Origin: Catajapyx aquilonaris
Taxonomy: Eukaryota
Length of the DNA: 64,000 nt
Direction of reading: 5' to 3'
Assembly: GCA_000934665.2 (NCBI GenBank)
Contig: KZ538476.1
Coordinates: 1 to 64,000, forward strand
Shown here: in pieces, positions 39,326-53,179 of the stretch
Layout of the letters: every line of letters begins with the position of its first letter
How positions within the stretch are numbered: the first letter of the stretch is position 1
Notes under the pieces: model-generated
The model's input: only the letters and a program-made list of their open reading frames with translations
The model's database searches: none
Told to the model about the DNA's origin: nothing
Position numbers and translations under genes: made by a program

Positions 39326-40915
39326 CAGTGGTGGCCATACAGTAATTATATTAACTTTTGTTTTTTGGGCTTAATTCTTTTCAGAGTGATCCCATTGAGC
39401 TGAAATTTGAACATTCTATGCACAATGGCATTTAAAGGTAATATGTAAGGTAAGATTTGAAGAATTTCTGAGTATGTTGTAGATGAAAAATAAACAATAA
39501 ATTTGTTAATTTTTCCACGTACTTCAAAATTAAACAAAATCTTCAAACAACCATAACATTATAAAAACTCAACCAAATGCTACAAAACTTGACAAGCTAA
39601 TCACTCACTGGTAACCCTTGGCGTCGATGACAGTTTGATATCTGCGAGGCATTGAGGCGACCAACACCGATTAATTTCGGGTTCTTCTTCCACTCTACCG
39701 CCAATTCCTTGTAGCCTACTTATCGGTGGTACTGGATCGTACTCAAGATCGTACTGGATGCTCTTTTGTTCTTCAAATGACACCCCAGATCCTCCCATAA
39801 GTGCTCGATCGGATTGGGGTCCGGATATCAGCTTGGCCAGTCCATTATGGCCACCCTCTACTGGTACAGCCAGCAAGAGCTTGGTACAGCCAAGGGCGGA
39901 CGAGCGAGGATGTGTGCTTTGCGTCGTTGTCATGCGGGTACAGTAAAGATTGGCCAAAAGCACTCCTTGCATATGGCCTCATGACTTCGTGGAGGATATC
40001 CCTGCACACCTCCTTGGTCAAGATACATACAATTCGGTGCAGGAGATCGATTTCAAGAGAGCTGAAGCAGCTCAATCTCAACTGGATACAGAGACAGTGG
40101 TGCGACAGCTTCTGGTTAGACGAATCGTAGTGTCTGATGTTTGGAACTTATGGAATAGCCCCAAAGGTGACCAATTCGATCTCAAGCACTAGATGCTGAC
40201 CCACAGGCAAGGCGGAGGATCCATGATAATCGGGGGCTGCTTCAGATCTCTCTTGGAATCGATATCCTGCACCGAATTGTAGGAGGTGTGCAGGGATATC
40301 CTCCAAGAAGTCATGTGGCCATATGCAAGGAGTGCTTTTGGCCATCTCTACTGTACCCGCATGATAACGACCCAAAGAACTCCTCCGCGCTCGTCCGCAC
40401 TTGGCTGCACCAGTATAGAGGATGGCCGTAATGGCTGATCTCCGGACCCCAATCCGATCGAGCACTTATGGGAGGATCTGGGATGTCATCTGAAGAACAA
40501 AAGAACATCCAGTACCACCGATAAGTACAAGCAACTGGCGGTAGAGTGGAAGAAGATCCCACAATCGGTGTTGGGCAAGTTGGTCGCCTCAATGCCACGA
40601 AGATGTCAAACTGTCATCGACGCCAAGGGTTACCAGACCAAGTACAAGATGTGAGTTATTAGCTTTTCCAGTTTTGTAGCATTTGGTTGAGTTTTCAGAA
40701 TGTTATGGTTGTTGGAAGATTTTGTTTAATTTAGAAGTACGTCAAAAAACAAACAATAACATAGTTGTTTAATTTCCTTCTGCAACCCAGAAATTCTTCA
40801 AATCTTACATATTCTCTTTAAATGCCATTAGCGTGTTCGAATTTAAGCTCAATGGGATCACCCTGAAAAAAGTTACGTCCAAAATACAAAAAGTTAATAT
40901 AATTATGCCCACCTG
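39326..40915 (+). mobile_element. Rearranged Tc1-like (DD34E-type) element with two 3' ends in inverted orientation, TA TSD
   Basis: Plus strand ~40075-40645: QW..FWLDES, GGGSM..GCF, HDNDPK, PDPNPIEHLW, SMPRRCQTVIDAKGYQTKY; ~39326-40070 is an inverted copy of ~40232-40915; TA at 39324-39325 and 40916-40917. Confidence 0.92.
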
Positions 40916-41091
40916 TAGGCCTACATAAATACGTACGGTATATACTGTATGCAGTTTAGCCTGTCCAGTAAGTTTGGCAATAATTATTTTCTCTACACGG
41001 TCATGGAAGATTTTGGCGATTAAATGGCAATAATAATCTCCATTTATACTGCGAGCAATCCAAAATAATGACAAAAGAACTCCCATGTAGG

Positions 41092-41333
41092 CAGGGGCGG
41101 ATGTAGGGGGGGGGGNNNNNNNNNNNNNNNNNNNNNNNNNNNNNNNNNNNNNNNNNNNNNNNNNNNNNNNNNNNNNNNNNNNNNNNNNNNNNNNNNNNNN
41201 NNNNNNNNNNNNNNNNNNNNNNNNNNNNNNNNNNNNNNNNNNNNNNNNNNNNNNNNNNNNNCCCCCCCCCCCCCCCCCCCCCCGAGAAGTTCCCTTGTGC
41301 CCCTCCCAGAAAAAAATCCTGGATCCGCCACTG
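41092..41333. mobile_element. hAT-type GC-rich MITE spanning the assembly gap, perfect 8-bp TSD
   Basis: CAGGGGCGGAT...ATCCGCCACTG; catgtagg at 41084-41091 and 41334-41341. Confidence 0.9.
41116..41261. other. Assembly gap (N run)
   Basis: Run of n between G and C homopolymers. Confidence 1.
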
Positions 41334-41758
41334 CATGTAGGTAACCATTTTAAAATCCAGTGAACGAAATACACGTGGTCATATACTGTATATACACGGA
41401 TTGCTACTATTTAGAGTAATATAAAACTTGTTATTACCTGTACTGTTGAATAAACCTATTCTTTGATTAATATAGAGGGCATTCTTTTCTCTTTGCGCCC
41501 GGAAAACGAAGAGTAAGAAAAAGTTTTGTAATTATAACATTCTTTTCTCGGAACTCGCTCGATTTTTCCCCCATTGAGACATTACCCAGAGTGGAATTTT
41601 ATTCATGAAAAGAAGGGAGCCTCCCCACAGCCTAATCTACAAAATAAAAAGAACACGTTCTATTATTGTTACAGCACAAGTAAAATTATTGGGTCTATCC
41701 TGTGTACTCCAGATCGCACTTAAATAGCAAAACTGACTATGATATTCAGTAATAGCCT

Positions 41759-41860
<102 letters not shown>

Positions 41861-43249
41861 GCTCAATATTTTGATGATGTTAGTTATAGTTGACTCTTCA
41901 CTCTTTGTTACCAGAAATAAAGGAAATATTCACCGTAATGAAGTAAAGGATTTCTGAGGATTTATGTTGTAATCGGAAATGGAGTGGAATCTATCATGTA
42001 GTTTAATTCGCAATGGAATGAAATATCAAACCAGACAATATTAGCGTTCCAAGTCCAAAACTGTTATTATAAATCCATAATTATAAGCCCAGCACATATC
42101 CCTTGTAGGCTGCAAGCAGTTGATGAAAAGAACTACTCGTAATATTAGTGTATACTGTATAGTGTACCTGTTATGACCTACAGCGTGTTAGTAGTAGGAT
42201 TTTTGTTTATAGTCATTGACTGTATACGAGCAATGTATGCAATGCCTTGAGGCAAAAGTGAATATATTACCTTTGCCATTCATCAATATTTGAATCTGCA
42301 TAACCTCGTCATGACGGGCACTGGGATTTTCAAAACGCTATGAATATAATATGAACAACCCAAAGAGTTAATAATTATGTTCCAAAATTGCACCCCCCCC
42401 NTGACTATTGCCAGCTGAGTTGGGGAAAAAAATTCAATTTGGTACCTTGTACTTGACTCCGAAGCAATATATCTTACAGGTTTGGAAATAGGAAGCGAAG
42501 ACCTATTGACCTGAGCCTGGACAAACATCAGTGGTTTTTTACTTTCCCCCCAACCCCCCACCCTTTCGGTGAGTGAGGCTGTACTGTAGGTAGGCACCCC
42601 CCTCGGCTTCGCAGGCAGCAGCCAAAGTAGTCGGAGGCCGTTATTTGAAACGTGACACTCAAAGTGCCATTTTCTTCGGAGAGTATTGGTGGGATGGGGG
42701 ATTTTTCAACCCAACGGGGGAACACCCTTATGGCTCGTTTTATGGAGCTTGTGTGTTCACACACCCATGTTTTCACTTTGGCTGGCTTGATCGAAAGTCG
42801 CAGCAGTGCACAGTAAATCACGGCTATACACTGCCTGGGGGGTTTACACCGGCGTATAAGTCAGTGTAATATGGCACTGAGTTAATGAATGACTGGCACG
42901 TGGTGTTTGGTTCATGCCAAATGAAGAATGAAAAATAATCAATCGTAATGGCGGGATGGACACCATTTGAGCGATATTATTTTACCCATTCACTAGAGTG
43001 CTCTTTACTGATTGAGTTGTTTATCACGCTCTGAAAGAGTAGGGTGTCAGGGAATGGAATGAATACATCACTTAAGTGGGGTTTGTTTTGCGACCTTTCA
43101 ATTTGATGCTTAACACAGCATGATAAAATTTATCGAGAGCAGTAACAATTATATATTTTTTTCGAACTGGCACAAATTAGCTCTGGACCAATCAAGTTAT
43201 CCTTATGCGGATAATGAAGCTGAAAGCGGGTGAAAGTAGTTTAGCTTTG

Positions 43250-44160
43250 GATAATATTATCGAACTGTTGGAAATACTGGAGCGAGTTGGACTCACTGGT
43301 ATTGTTAGACACATTTTGTTGATGAAGATTGGAGCACTCTGCTTCCATGGCCTTTCTCGGTATCTCTATTGCTCCTGGCTCAAACCCGGCTGGATATTTC
43401 GCCCCGAAGAGATGCGGGGAATATGGATTGCCAACCTTAATAGTCCTCCCTTTGAGGATGAGCGGTTTGCAAACTATCTGGTCCGCATTACATGGAAATA
43501 CTTTTCCATTTGCATAGAACAAAAATTACGTTAGATCACTACGTAGTGCCGCTTCGGGTACTACACTGTGTTTAGCTTTGCTAATGCAAGCTTGAGATCT
43601 GCTTCCACATTGTTATTATACTTGACTAAGTAATGATCCTCATAGTGGTGATGTTGCTAGAGGTTTCCACCTCCTACAAAATAATGCACTTGATGTGCGT
43701 TGACGTCGACACTAGCACGGGTCTGCTTTCTACTGTTGCCAGCTAGGGGAAGATCAAGTTTCTCCTCTCTAAAGAGAATCAGGAGGGAATTGCAGCTCTT
43801 TCAAGCTGGTGTGCCAAGTTGTGACCATATGAAAGCACTTGGCTTGATTACCTAGAAAAAATGAAAATTATGCGACTTTCTACTTTTGTTACTGAAAACA
43901 ATACCACCTGACATATTCTAGTAATGCAGAAATGGCCAATCCTATATCCATGATATCTCAGCTCTACATTTTGGCCAAAACGTGAACTAAACAAATTTTG
44001 TTCAATATAATTATGTCGAAATACGTTCGCTTTACCAGTGTTAATCCTCGGTATTTACTGCTAGCTATGTTTTCATGACAGAAACTGTCAAGTTTCTCTA
44101 TATCTTGTGGCAAGATTATAATCTGGGATAATCGTGGCTGAACTACCACCTGACACATTG
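43250..44160 (-). mobile_element. Decayed LINE RT remnant
   Basis: SKYRGLTLV...FDIIILNKI (~NYRPISLL..FEKIILNRL), YHGYRIGH (~QHGFR.GH), TWHTSL (~VWH.GL), PLILKGRTI...FGAKY, in order. Confidence 0.55.
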
Positions 44161-45663
44161 CAGCTGTATAAACATGACGTAATTAGCCCTAGTCCTCACA
44201 CATTGTAATCAGCAAGCCATAGAGCATGAACTAATTGCAGAGGAATAGGCAGGTATGTATTATGTGAGAGCTCCCGTTAAGTCGCTGCAGAATGGATGCG
44301 AAACTACAAATGGCTGCCCAATCGTCCTCCGAGCCTATCTCTTGAATTACGATTTACGATGGCTGCGGGTGCCAAAGACCTTCCAAATCACTTGGCGAGG
44401 TGCGCCGAAGGGAAGAAAATGCCAGGTTAAAATCAACGCTTTTACCACCCTGGTCCACGTAGGGTTAATATATTCACCGAAATTGGAGGAATGATAATAT
44501 CATGGAGACTAATTATGTACTATCGTTAAGTTACCTCGAGGATTACAAAATTCAAATGCGCTTTATATTATCCAGTCGCGATTTATTACTTTCCTGTTGC
44601 TTACTGTCAGCAGTATAGGTTTGCCTTACGTAATGCAGCATAATGTAATGTCGTTGCTGTATTTATAAATAATTTCAATATCATGAATATTATTGTTGTC
44701 GAGGAGATTAGTAAAGTAAGGCGTAACTTACAAATGCAGTGTTAAGAACAGTAATATAAAGAAATTGCAAGAAATATAGGCTATTTGTTGTTGTAGTGTG
44801 TAGACTATTTAATATGTATGTGCATCGAGATTTTCTATAACCTATATGTTTATAACATAATCAAGCAAAATAATTATAAAATATGCAACAGAAAAAGACG
44901 TCAAGCAAGCTTTCGTTTCTTCAGAGTCCACACCCTTGGCCTACCTCACATGACCACAAAACACAGCATATAACTTACCGGTACTGTACACATGATATTA
45001 TAACACTTGCTGCAATATTATGTATATATTGACTTTTTAGTAGTTCTAGAGATAACGTTTTTCTTATAAGAAAGTTTTAGAGTGACTTTTCCATTACTTT
45101 CTAATTTTCTATAGAAGATCACAGAAAGTGACTGGAAAGTTTACGCCAACGATGAAACAATGTCATCGCTCTTCTCCGCAGGCTATGGGCACATTCAAAA
45201 CAACTGACGCGGGCAATTTATGAGGATCCAAACACTATGCAACACTATATAAATTTAAATTTGAACTGCTTGGCTTCTCGATATATCCTTTCCTGTTTCT
45301 CTATAGTGTTGCATATGAGAGTATCGAACGGCAACGTTGCAAGTATCGATTGAGAACTGACAGATAATGGCCTATGTTCCAGTTGCGGAACTAAAGAGAA
45401 TGGATGGGTACTAGACGGATATAGCAACCGGCAACACGTATTTCAGGCGTAAAATGCCATAATGTAGTGTAGACAAAAATATTTCATCAAATCATTAAGG
45501 CAATATGACGAAATTTTATGTTTTATTTGATTAAACTGGTCAGGTGACAAAAGGCTCTTCGTATTCAGTTTCATATGAATCAGCCAACTAATGGTACTAC
45601 GGGACGCATAAAGAATCTCCCCGGACATTCTTTATGCGTCCGATAGACACATGTGAAATATGT

Positions 45664-46032
45664 GGGGAGGTGTGGTGACCGAGATGGTAACGTCTCGGCT
45701 TGCTGAGTGAAAGGTCCCAGGTTCGATCCCTGCTTGGGAGTTCCCTTTCACCTGCGTCGGGAGGGTCTCTCACCCGCACATTGGAGGTGTCTGGCAACCT
45801 AACCTCCTGGGGGACTGCACATGACCCAAACTTGAGACATTGCACTTGCACCAGTGTCCCCTCACCGAAGATACTTATCCTTACCTAATGTCCTTGATTC
45901 CTTGCACCGAAGATTGAAGTTAAACAAATCAGAAAACTTATGGTGGTGTGCCCCCCCCCCCCCCCCNCCCCCCCCCCCAAAGGCCCATGGAGGCCTATCA
46001 CGGGGTAAAATAAATAAAAATAAAATAATAAC
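45664..46032 (+). mobile_element. SINE family B, copy 2
   Basis: A/B boxes, A-rich tail, perfect 17-bp TSD acacatgtgaaatatgt at 45647-45663 and 46033-46049. Confidence 0.95.
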
Positions 46033-48032
46033 ACACATGTGAAATATGTACTATGTTCTGCCTTATTCTATTCATACTCCCTACAGCAAGAGCTTAACTC
46101 TTGCTGTAACATCACAAAAACAACTATATTTTGCTGGCTGTGGCCAAATCCCTGGCATTACAGTAGTGCATATGCATAGTTATGCTCTACTTGCATTATA
46201 TTTCAATCACTAGAGCGAAATTCCATACGTTCAATTTTTTGATATCATGGAGTCGAACACAATGCTGACTTGAAATAAAAAAATCCCTCGACAACAACTG
46301 ATCATTACGAGCTTCACATTATATTGTATTACAAACTACTCAAGTTGTAATGAGATACAGGCATTTGATGGTCGTAATAGCATTTGCAGCTTTCAAAACT
46401 CTCAGAACATAATTACCGCAGCTATGGGGCTATACGCTTTACAAGCCTGTAAATTAAGGGACACGATGTGCTAGTACTATACGAGCGGCAAACAAATTGA
46501 GGAGGGAAAAGTTCCAGATTCAAAGCTTTACCATCAGCTTTCAAAGTGAGACAGACCCATCTTATTTTACCATAAAGTTTCAACCTTCTGGGAACACCAG
46601 AATATGTTTGACCCAACACGAAATAAGTGAACCTGATCATACAGTTTTGCGATGTATATAATTATGTTGGAGGTAGATGTAAGGCGCTTATATAAGGTAA
46701 TGATATAGAGTCTGCTTTGAAGAAGCGTATTATGCTGTACCCTCGTTGCTCACTCTCTATTCAACATCTTCCTCTCCATAATCGCATAATGGGTCAATTG
46801 CAAAGTTGGAAACCGGACTCTCCGAAGCTTTATAATTAAGCTGGCTTCCGTAACGAACAAGTAGGAGGTAGTAGGCAGGTAGGTCAGTACAATGTGCTGC
46901 GAAAGGCTTCTCAGTTAGTGGGGACTGACTTGTTGTACAGGGGAAGCAAGAGATTCCACGAATATCCTTCCCATCCACTCTTCCTTCCTGGACAAAAATC
47001 TATTTTCAATCGATGGGCCTTTAGTCATCCGTATACTGTACCCTGGCGCGTGGTGGAGTCAAATTCAGCTGAACCAATATCAGATTATGTCATGCCGTAA
47101 GTTACGCTTTGGAAAATATACGTCTATACTGTTGTATGCATACTTCACGGTGTTCGCTACTATGTATAGCATGGTAGTCCGTCTACCAGAGGATTTCTGG
47201 GCTCAAAACAAGTGTATATCAGAAATTCGGATAAACTGATCATAAGCAATATGTCCAGCGCCACCTGGCAGACTTCTTGATGAATCACCATATAGTTAAT
47301 CTGTGTTGACGGTGAAAGGCGTACGTGAGGCCGCACAGATGACACAGTCTATACGTATTGTATGCCTGGTAGAGGTTGAAGCATGATGCTTTCCGCCTCT
47401 CTTCCCCCTATCCATCCCAACCTCATATATGCTTCCCTCCCATAGAAACGTGAATTGACTCGATTAAGGCCCAGCTTCAGTGATGCAGCTCATTCTTTTG
47501 AGGAGCGGTAGAGTACCTGAGCCATGTGCAAGATTAGATGGATCAGACTCCAACTTAAACCGGAGTCGTGGCTATATCTATAAATTATATACCTAGTGAG
47601 ATTGAGTGGTAATTAGTGTGGCACACTTGCGAAGCGACTGGTTAAAATGGGATTATATTACCAAGGTTGGTCCCATGTCTGGAGGTATCGCATATATTGG
47701 ATATTGTTTCCAAATATCACGTATTTGTCCTATCGATTGTTCGCGTTGAGAAAACCCGAGTGGGAATATCGGGACGGGGTTTTACTTTGATATAACTGCG
47801 AATCACGGAAACAGTGTGGTGCTTCAAATTACTTGACATTACCATATCCTCCAATGCAGGTGATACAGTACGCGTGTTACTTTTTAAAAGAAACTCTCTA
47901 TTATAATTAGTACAGTTACCGCTTATAAAAGTAACTAGTATAACATGTCAATTTAGTCGGTCTAAAAAGAAATTGAGTTAAGTAGCTACGTTTGAGTTAC
48001 TTTAAAAATACGGTTTGAAAATTTCATGACGT

Positions 48033-48263
48033 AATAATAATAATAATTCATACCCCGTTATCAGCCTATCGGCTCTTTAGGTGGGAAGTTTTGTTTTGCC
48101 TGGAACTCTTTGCTTTCATTTTACTGCGCTTTTTGGGATAGGATAGGGACGGAAGGAAGCGGCTGTGGCCTATTAATTACGGAAACAACTCCGGAATGAT
48201 TTGATCCCAGGACCTCCCGATTAGCAGTCGGACACCATTTCCCCTACTCCAAACTGCTTCGGT
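48033..48263 (-). mobile_element. SINE family A, copy 4 (internal deletion)
   Basis: TSD aaaatttcatgacgt at 48018-48032 and 48264-48278; segment between core and B-box missing. Confidence 0.93.
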
Positions 48264-48499
48264 AAAATTTCATGACGTCATGACATTCTGACAATAAATG
48301 TTTCGTTCTCAGGTATTAACTGATCGTACTCAGCAGACATACACGTGTGCGTCGGCACAATAGATAACTATAAAATAGCTCTTAAATAAAACTTCATTTT
48401 CGCCTTCTGAAAAAACTGCATAGGAATAACCGTGCTGTACAGTTCTCGAATTCCTGCGGAATAAATCAGAACATGTACGAATCATATTTCACCTGGTCC

Positions 48500-49250
48500 T
48501 ATTTCCAGTCACAGTAACTGTTGAGATAAATTATAAGTCAGATGCGGAGCACATGCTCCCTCCAGCAGCATCTATTGTACGGAATTCAGGCCACAAAATA
48601 ATACTATTTGAAAAAAGTATTGGTTTTCGCGTGTTTGTTCTCTATGCGTTCTATAGATGTGGCTGCACTCTTCCTGCCAACTCCTGAAAAGGCGAGAAAA
48701 AGTTGAAATTTGGCATGCAAGTTGATCGAAGAAAACAATAATGCATACAGTATAAGAAGGTTGAAGGAGAACTTCAGAATATACTGAAACGCGTCGAGAA
48801 GAACCGACTTGGGAGAGGGAAAGAGCAAAAAACATTTATAACATGTCAAGTGGCTGCAGAGATGTTTTAATAACTTCTGTTGATGTCTTAGACTTCACTC
48901 TTGATTCTCAGTACGGCTTCATTGAAAGAGCTGGAACCAGACACGGAAAAACTTATCAAATTAAAGTTTTTCCGTCACTAAAATAGTTGGAATTGAAATC
49001 ATTTTTCTCCCCCTTTTTGTTCCCTCTTTCTCCGCTTCATCGATTTTGCCCCATTGAATTTCAACCCTTCGCCATTTCGCTCCTTTGGCCTCTTCGTCAT
49101 AGAACCCCTTTGTAATGTATAAGAGTGAGCCGAGAGTCCCAATACCTCTTTTATTTTTGGGCCTGCTATGCCCAAAAGATTCAGGTCGCGTGCGTGTCTC
49201 TCTTGCTGACATAACCAAGAGGGTGTGTTTTTAAATGCAATAAAAGACAT
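48500..49250 (-). mobile_element. Decayed RTE-like AP-endonuclease remnant
   Basis: DLNLLGIAGPK (~NIDILGISE), SYTL...NGEG (~Y....GVG), VLLDAF (~I.GDF), ENKHAKTNTFFK (~ENNL.IANTFFK). Confidence 0.6.
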
Positions 49251-49597
49251 GCTTTATTGCCTTTTTCGTTTGCTTGAAGTGGAAATGTGGACAAAGGGGC
49301 GAATTAGTTGCATTATTAAAATATTTTAACAACTGAATTGAATGGGTACCATCATTTTTGTACCTTCGTTTTATAGGCAAACATCGTGGACACTGCACCA
49401 CTTCAATTATCTGGGCAGTTAACTACCCCGAGTAGGTCAGGAAGAAAAAGATCCAATGACGTCTCCTCGAAGAAGAAACCTCTCTCTGGCACCACCAGCA
49501 GGAGGATCTCCACTTGTTATACCCTATGGAAGGTACTGTACCTCAATTTCTCATTATGCACAAGTCCTGGACAAGAGCGAAACTTTTGTCTTTTATA

Positions 49598-49742
49598 CTT
49601 TGTTTTTATTTTTCCCAGTGATAGGCCTCCGTGGGCCTTTTTGGGGGGTGGCACACCACCATCAGTTTTCTAGTAGGCCTATATAACTTATATACTTTTC
49701 CTTCAGTCTCCTGTGCAAGGAATCAAGGACATTGAGTAGGGT
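49598..49742 (-). mobile_element. 5'-truncated SINE family B copy or 3' end of its partner LINE
   Basis: Reverse complement matches ~45885-46025 (aatgtccttgattccttgcac...atggtggtgtgcc...ggaggcctatcac). Confidence 0.85.
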
Positions 49743-50729
49743 CTGCTTAATTGACCGGTGTGCGTGAGCGAATAGCTGATAGCCTATCTATAGCAGAATA
49801 GAGCTACTAATAGGTGTCCAATTTCCTTCAAGAAAGTGACAGTAATTAAACAACTGTACTCGTAATAAAATAGTGAAATATAAACGTAATGAATTCAGCA
49901 CTTGTAGTTCTGCAGAAGCTTCATTTTCCTCAGCCTCTGACGGGAAATCGCTTGAAGGTGATTTGATTTCAGGTACACAGAAGACAATAAAACGCGTCGT
50001 GGAAAAGCATCGCTCCCTGACTTAACGAACTTAACGAACATTTTCTCCTGCTAATCGAATTATGGAGGGGTCGATGACTTAGTTGAAAATGAGACATTTT
50101 TGGTCAGCTGGGGGATAGCTTGGTGCGAAGCTTGGGAGAGAGCATATGAAATATATGAAACAAGCGAAGCTTATTCAACATCTCGGACTTCATCCACCTA
50201 GAGTAGTGCAAATATCACACTGCTACTTTACAGCTGCCTTACAGTCATTATTTCTGGCAAAAGTCTCTTAAAGTAGGCATTACAGCAAATTGTATGATTT
50301 TTTATGAGCACCTGTATACTAACTGGACGTACGTAGGTTGTAGGCTACAATCATTTGATGGGCCAGGTTAGGTAGGTCCCGTTAACTTAAACTGCGACAT
50401 CCCCACTTTAATGTTGGGCTCTAACCATTTGGCTAATATTTCCGATGCAACGCGAAGGTGAGAAATATATGCGGCCGTGTAAGTGTGACGACATTTGTGA
50501 TGGCATGTCTCTCTGAAATGGCCGGGCACTTTTGATAGCACTTGCATGAATTGAATCTATTTCCTTTAAAGAAAACGAAGGTATAAATGAATCAATATTA
50601 ATTAGGTAAAGGTACAATGTGCTGTCCCAGTGCAGCAAACGGTAAAATACTTATACAGTATATTGCTTTTCAAGAACAGTACTACACTTACGCATGTCAT
50701 AAAGCGAGGTAATTAAACCTAAGCACTAT

Positions 50730-51580
50730 TATTTAAAAATTGAGTTTTTGGATCGATATTTGCAAAATGGTCAAAAGTATGGTAACGACAGTTATTTTCC
50801 AACCATAATTTATTTCCTACATTCTCTAACCAAATGTAAGGCTATTAATACTCTGAAAATCACATTTCAACAGAAACTTTTCCAAGTAATATTTTCCGTC
50901 ATTATCGTTACTACCGATTTTTAACAATTCCGAATGTGCTCAAACATGACTTTTTATTATAAAATTTTTATAAGCATACTTCCCGCAAAATTTACAATGT
51001 GGGAATACAGTTTCCATTTACAAAGTCTTACACACTTTCAAGTATTACAAGTAAGAGTTTTAAAGAAAGCCGTACCACTAGAATTTTCATTGTTGCAACA
51101 TATACTCGTAGGTCATTACTATTAAATTGCGCCATTACCGACTTTCCAGGGCCATGTATTCAAATTGACAAAATACTTATTTGAATAAGATAATTGTATT
51201 TGCACATGATTAACACTAAATTTATATGGAATGGGATATTGGATTACTTCCAATACTGCATCATTTCTATCTCCATAATTTAGAAAATAATATTGTGAAG
51301 CAGTAATTTGACTCCAATTTTATGATAAACATATTTAATACTACTCTCACCCATGCAAAATTATGAAGATGGTAATTTTATTTCTATATTGCTAAAGTGG
51401 GGAAATGGTGTCTAACATTTGTATAAACTTACATAGGTAATAAGAAAGCGACGTTTAAGGCATTAAAATTTTTATAATAAGTACCGTAGCAACAATAATG
51501 ACAGAAAAATTATTATCTTGTAGCGTTTCCGTACGAAATCTGTACCTTTAGCAAATATTGACCCATAAACAGTTTAAAGC
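50730..51580. mobile_element. Old long-inverted-repeat element
   Basis: ttttccgtcattatcgttactac (~50892) vs gtagcaacaataatgacagaaaa (~51487); gatcgatatttgc (~50751) vs gcaaatattgacc (~51551). Confidence 0.45.
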
Positions 51581-51902
51581 TATCTTTCCTGTCATCAGTA
51601 CGGCAAACTGCAGAATCAACAGACTACAATTACAGACTCTAATGACGTCAGGTTATTTTGATTTCAGCCTATAGCGAATAATTCTCGGTCACTTGGAGCA
51701 TACACTAACAGGATAATGCACGTGAAGCAACGAAAGCTGGCAATTAAATTGAAAGTGACGAACCGTAAGTTTCTAACCTCGATCCGTCTTTCAGATCCCA
51801 TGTTATAAGCATCACCATACCTATTCATAGGTACGGCTTTTTTCTGTCGCTCATATAGAGGTGAGGCAGAGAGCTATGGGTAGGGTAGATCTGTTCTTGT
51901 CT

Positions 51903-52178
51903 TCAGTAAGCTGTGGGACCGGAAGTATGTGTTTTTACTGTAACCGTGGGGACTACTGTCCCCGCAATTTCTCTTGTGGGGACATTTTGGGTTTCCGCAT
52001 CTTCACACACCAGAACGTTACCGTTGTAGTGGGGACATGTCCCCACAATTTCGATTTGCAGGGTTTCACAAAAGTCCATTTCTCTCAGCATAGGTTAGTT
52101 AGGGTAGGTTAGGTTAGGTTAGTTTAGTTTACACTATCTTCGAAAAGTTGAGTTTTCAACGTCCCCATAGCTTATTGA
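51903..52178 (+). mobile_element. GGTTA-repeat non-autonomous element, copy 2
   Basis: Inverted ends tcagtaagctgtgggac / gtccccatagcttattga; internal (GGTTA)n; followed by a GT-rich tract. Confidence 0.8.
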
Positions 52179-53179
52179 GCGCAAGTCTCTCTGTGTGGGT
52201 GCGTGTGTGTGTGTCGTGGGAGGTGGATGTCGGGGGCATGATAGGGGGGTGGGGAAGTAACTCGCTATACAGTATTTCAGAGAACGCCTTTGTAGTCAAA
52301 GGGTAGGCCGATAAGCCCTACTATTAATTGGATCACGTTCAAACTTAAGCTATTGAATCCTCTGGTTAGGTTGTAATATACAGAATTACCCCATGAGTTG
52401 TGGATCATGTGCGCGATTTTTTAGCAACTCTGCCCTCTGTAATGTTACAAACACCCAATTCACGGAGAAGACCTCCATGGTCCAGCAAGTAGACCTATTT
52501 ATTCCTAAGCTGCGTCAGCCATTGTGTAGGCTACTTGTTTATAGGTAAATGTATCCATATACAGTATTATGCTGCAAAGGTTATCTTTGGAAATGTAACT
52601 GTAGCCTACTGTGAATATTTGGCGTGACAAATTCATTGTGACTCCACATTATCAAAGCATACAATTTCAAGGTAAGGTTATATAGTCATCCACAGTCGAG
52701 TACCGCAGTTTCCAAGGCATTTTCCGATAGGAGTGGAATGCCAAGTTTTAATTTCAAGCCAACTTTGCAGTTTGCGGTGCACGAAGAAGTGAAAATTAAT
52801 GTGAGGCAATATTTACTGTACCAATAGTAACTCCAGCATTGAGCACATGTTTGAAAGAGCAGAGGTTAGATCAGGGATTGACATTCCACCTCTCACTTGA
52901 GGTCAATTTGACCACACCAGTACTATTAAGTTATCGCATAATTTTTTTGTTATTTTTTATATTTATTGTTTTTAGCTGTGTATAGTTAGGGATAAATAGT
53001 TATTTTTGGAAAAGATGCTCGATTCCAAAATTGACAAAATCAACTAGAGATTCACCTTTGAATAGCCTACCTTGAAAGAATGTCCACTAAAATAACTACT
53101 ACATTTATAAAAAGCAGCTTATAACTAATCGCTGATAGTTCAATTGGAACACCCTGTTTATTTGTTCCCTATGAAAACC

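Noticed and set aside
40805..41374. Long ORFs across the N run
   Set aside because: Artefacts of translating the gap.
45602..45641. Hairpin ggacgcataaagaat...attctttatgcgtcc as a terminator (also hairpin ~36537-36613)
   Set aside because: Eukaryotic context with no adjacent gene; most likely small TE remnants.
52090..52130. (TTAGG)n as a telomere or chromosome-fusion scar
   Set aside because: Only a few units, internal to a dispersed element present twice in the window.
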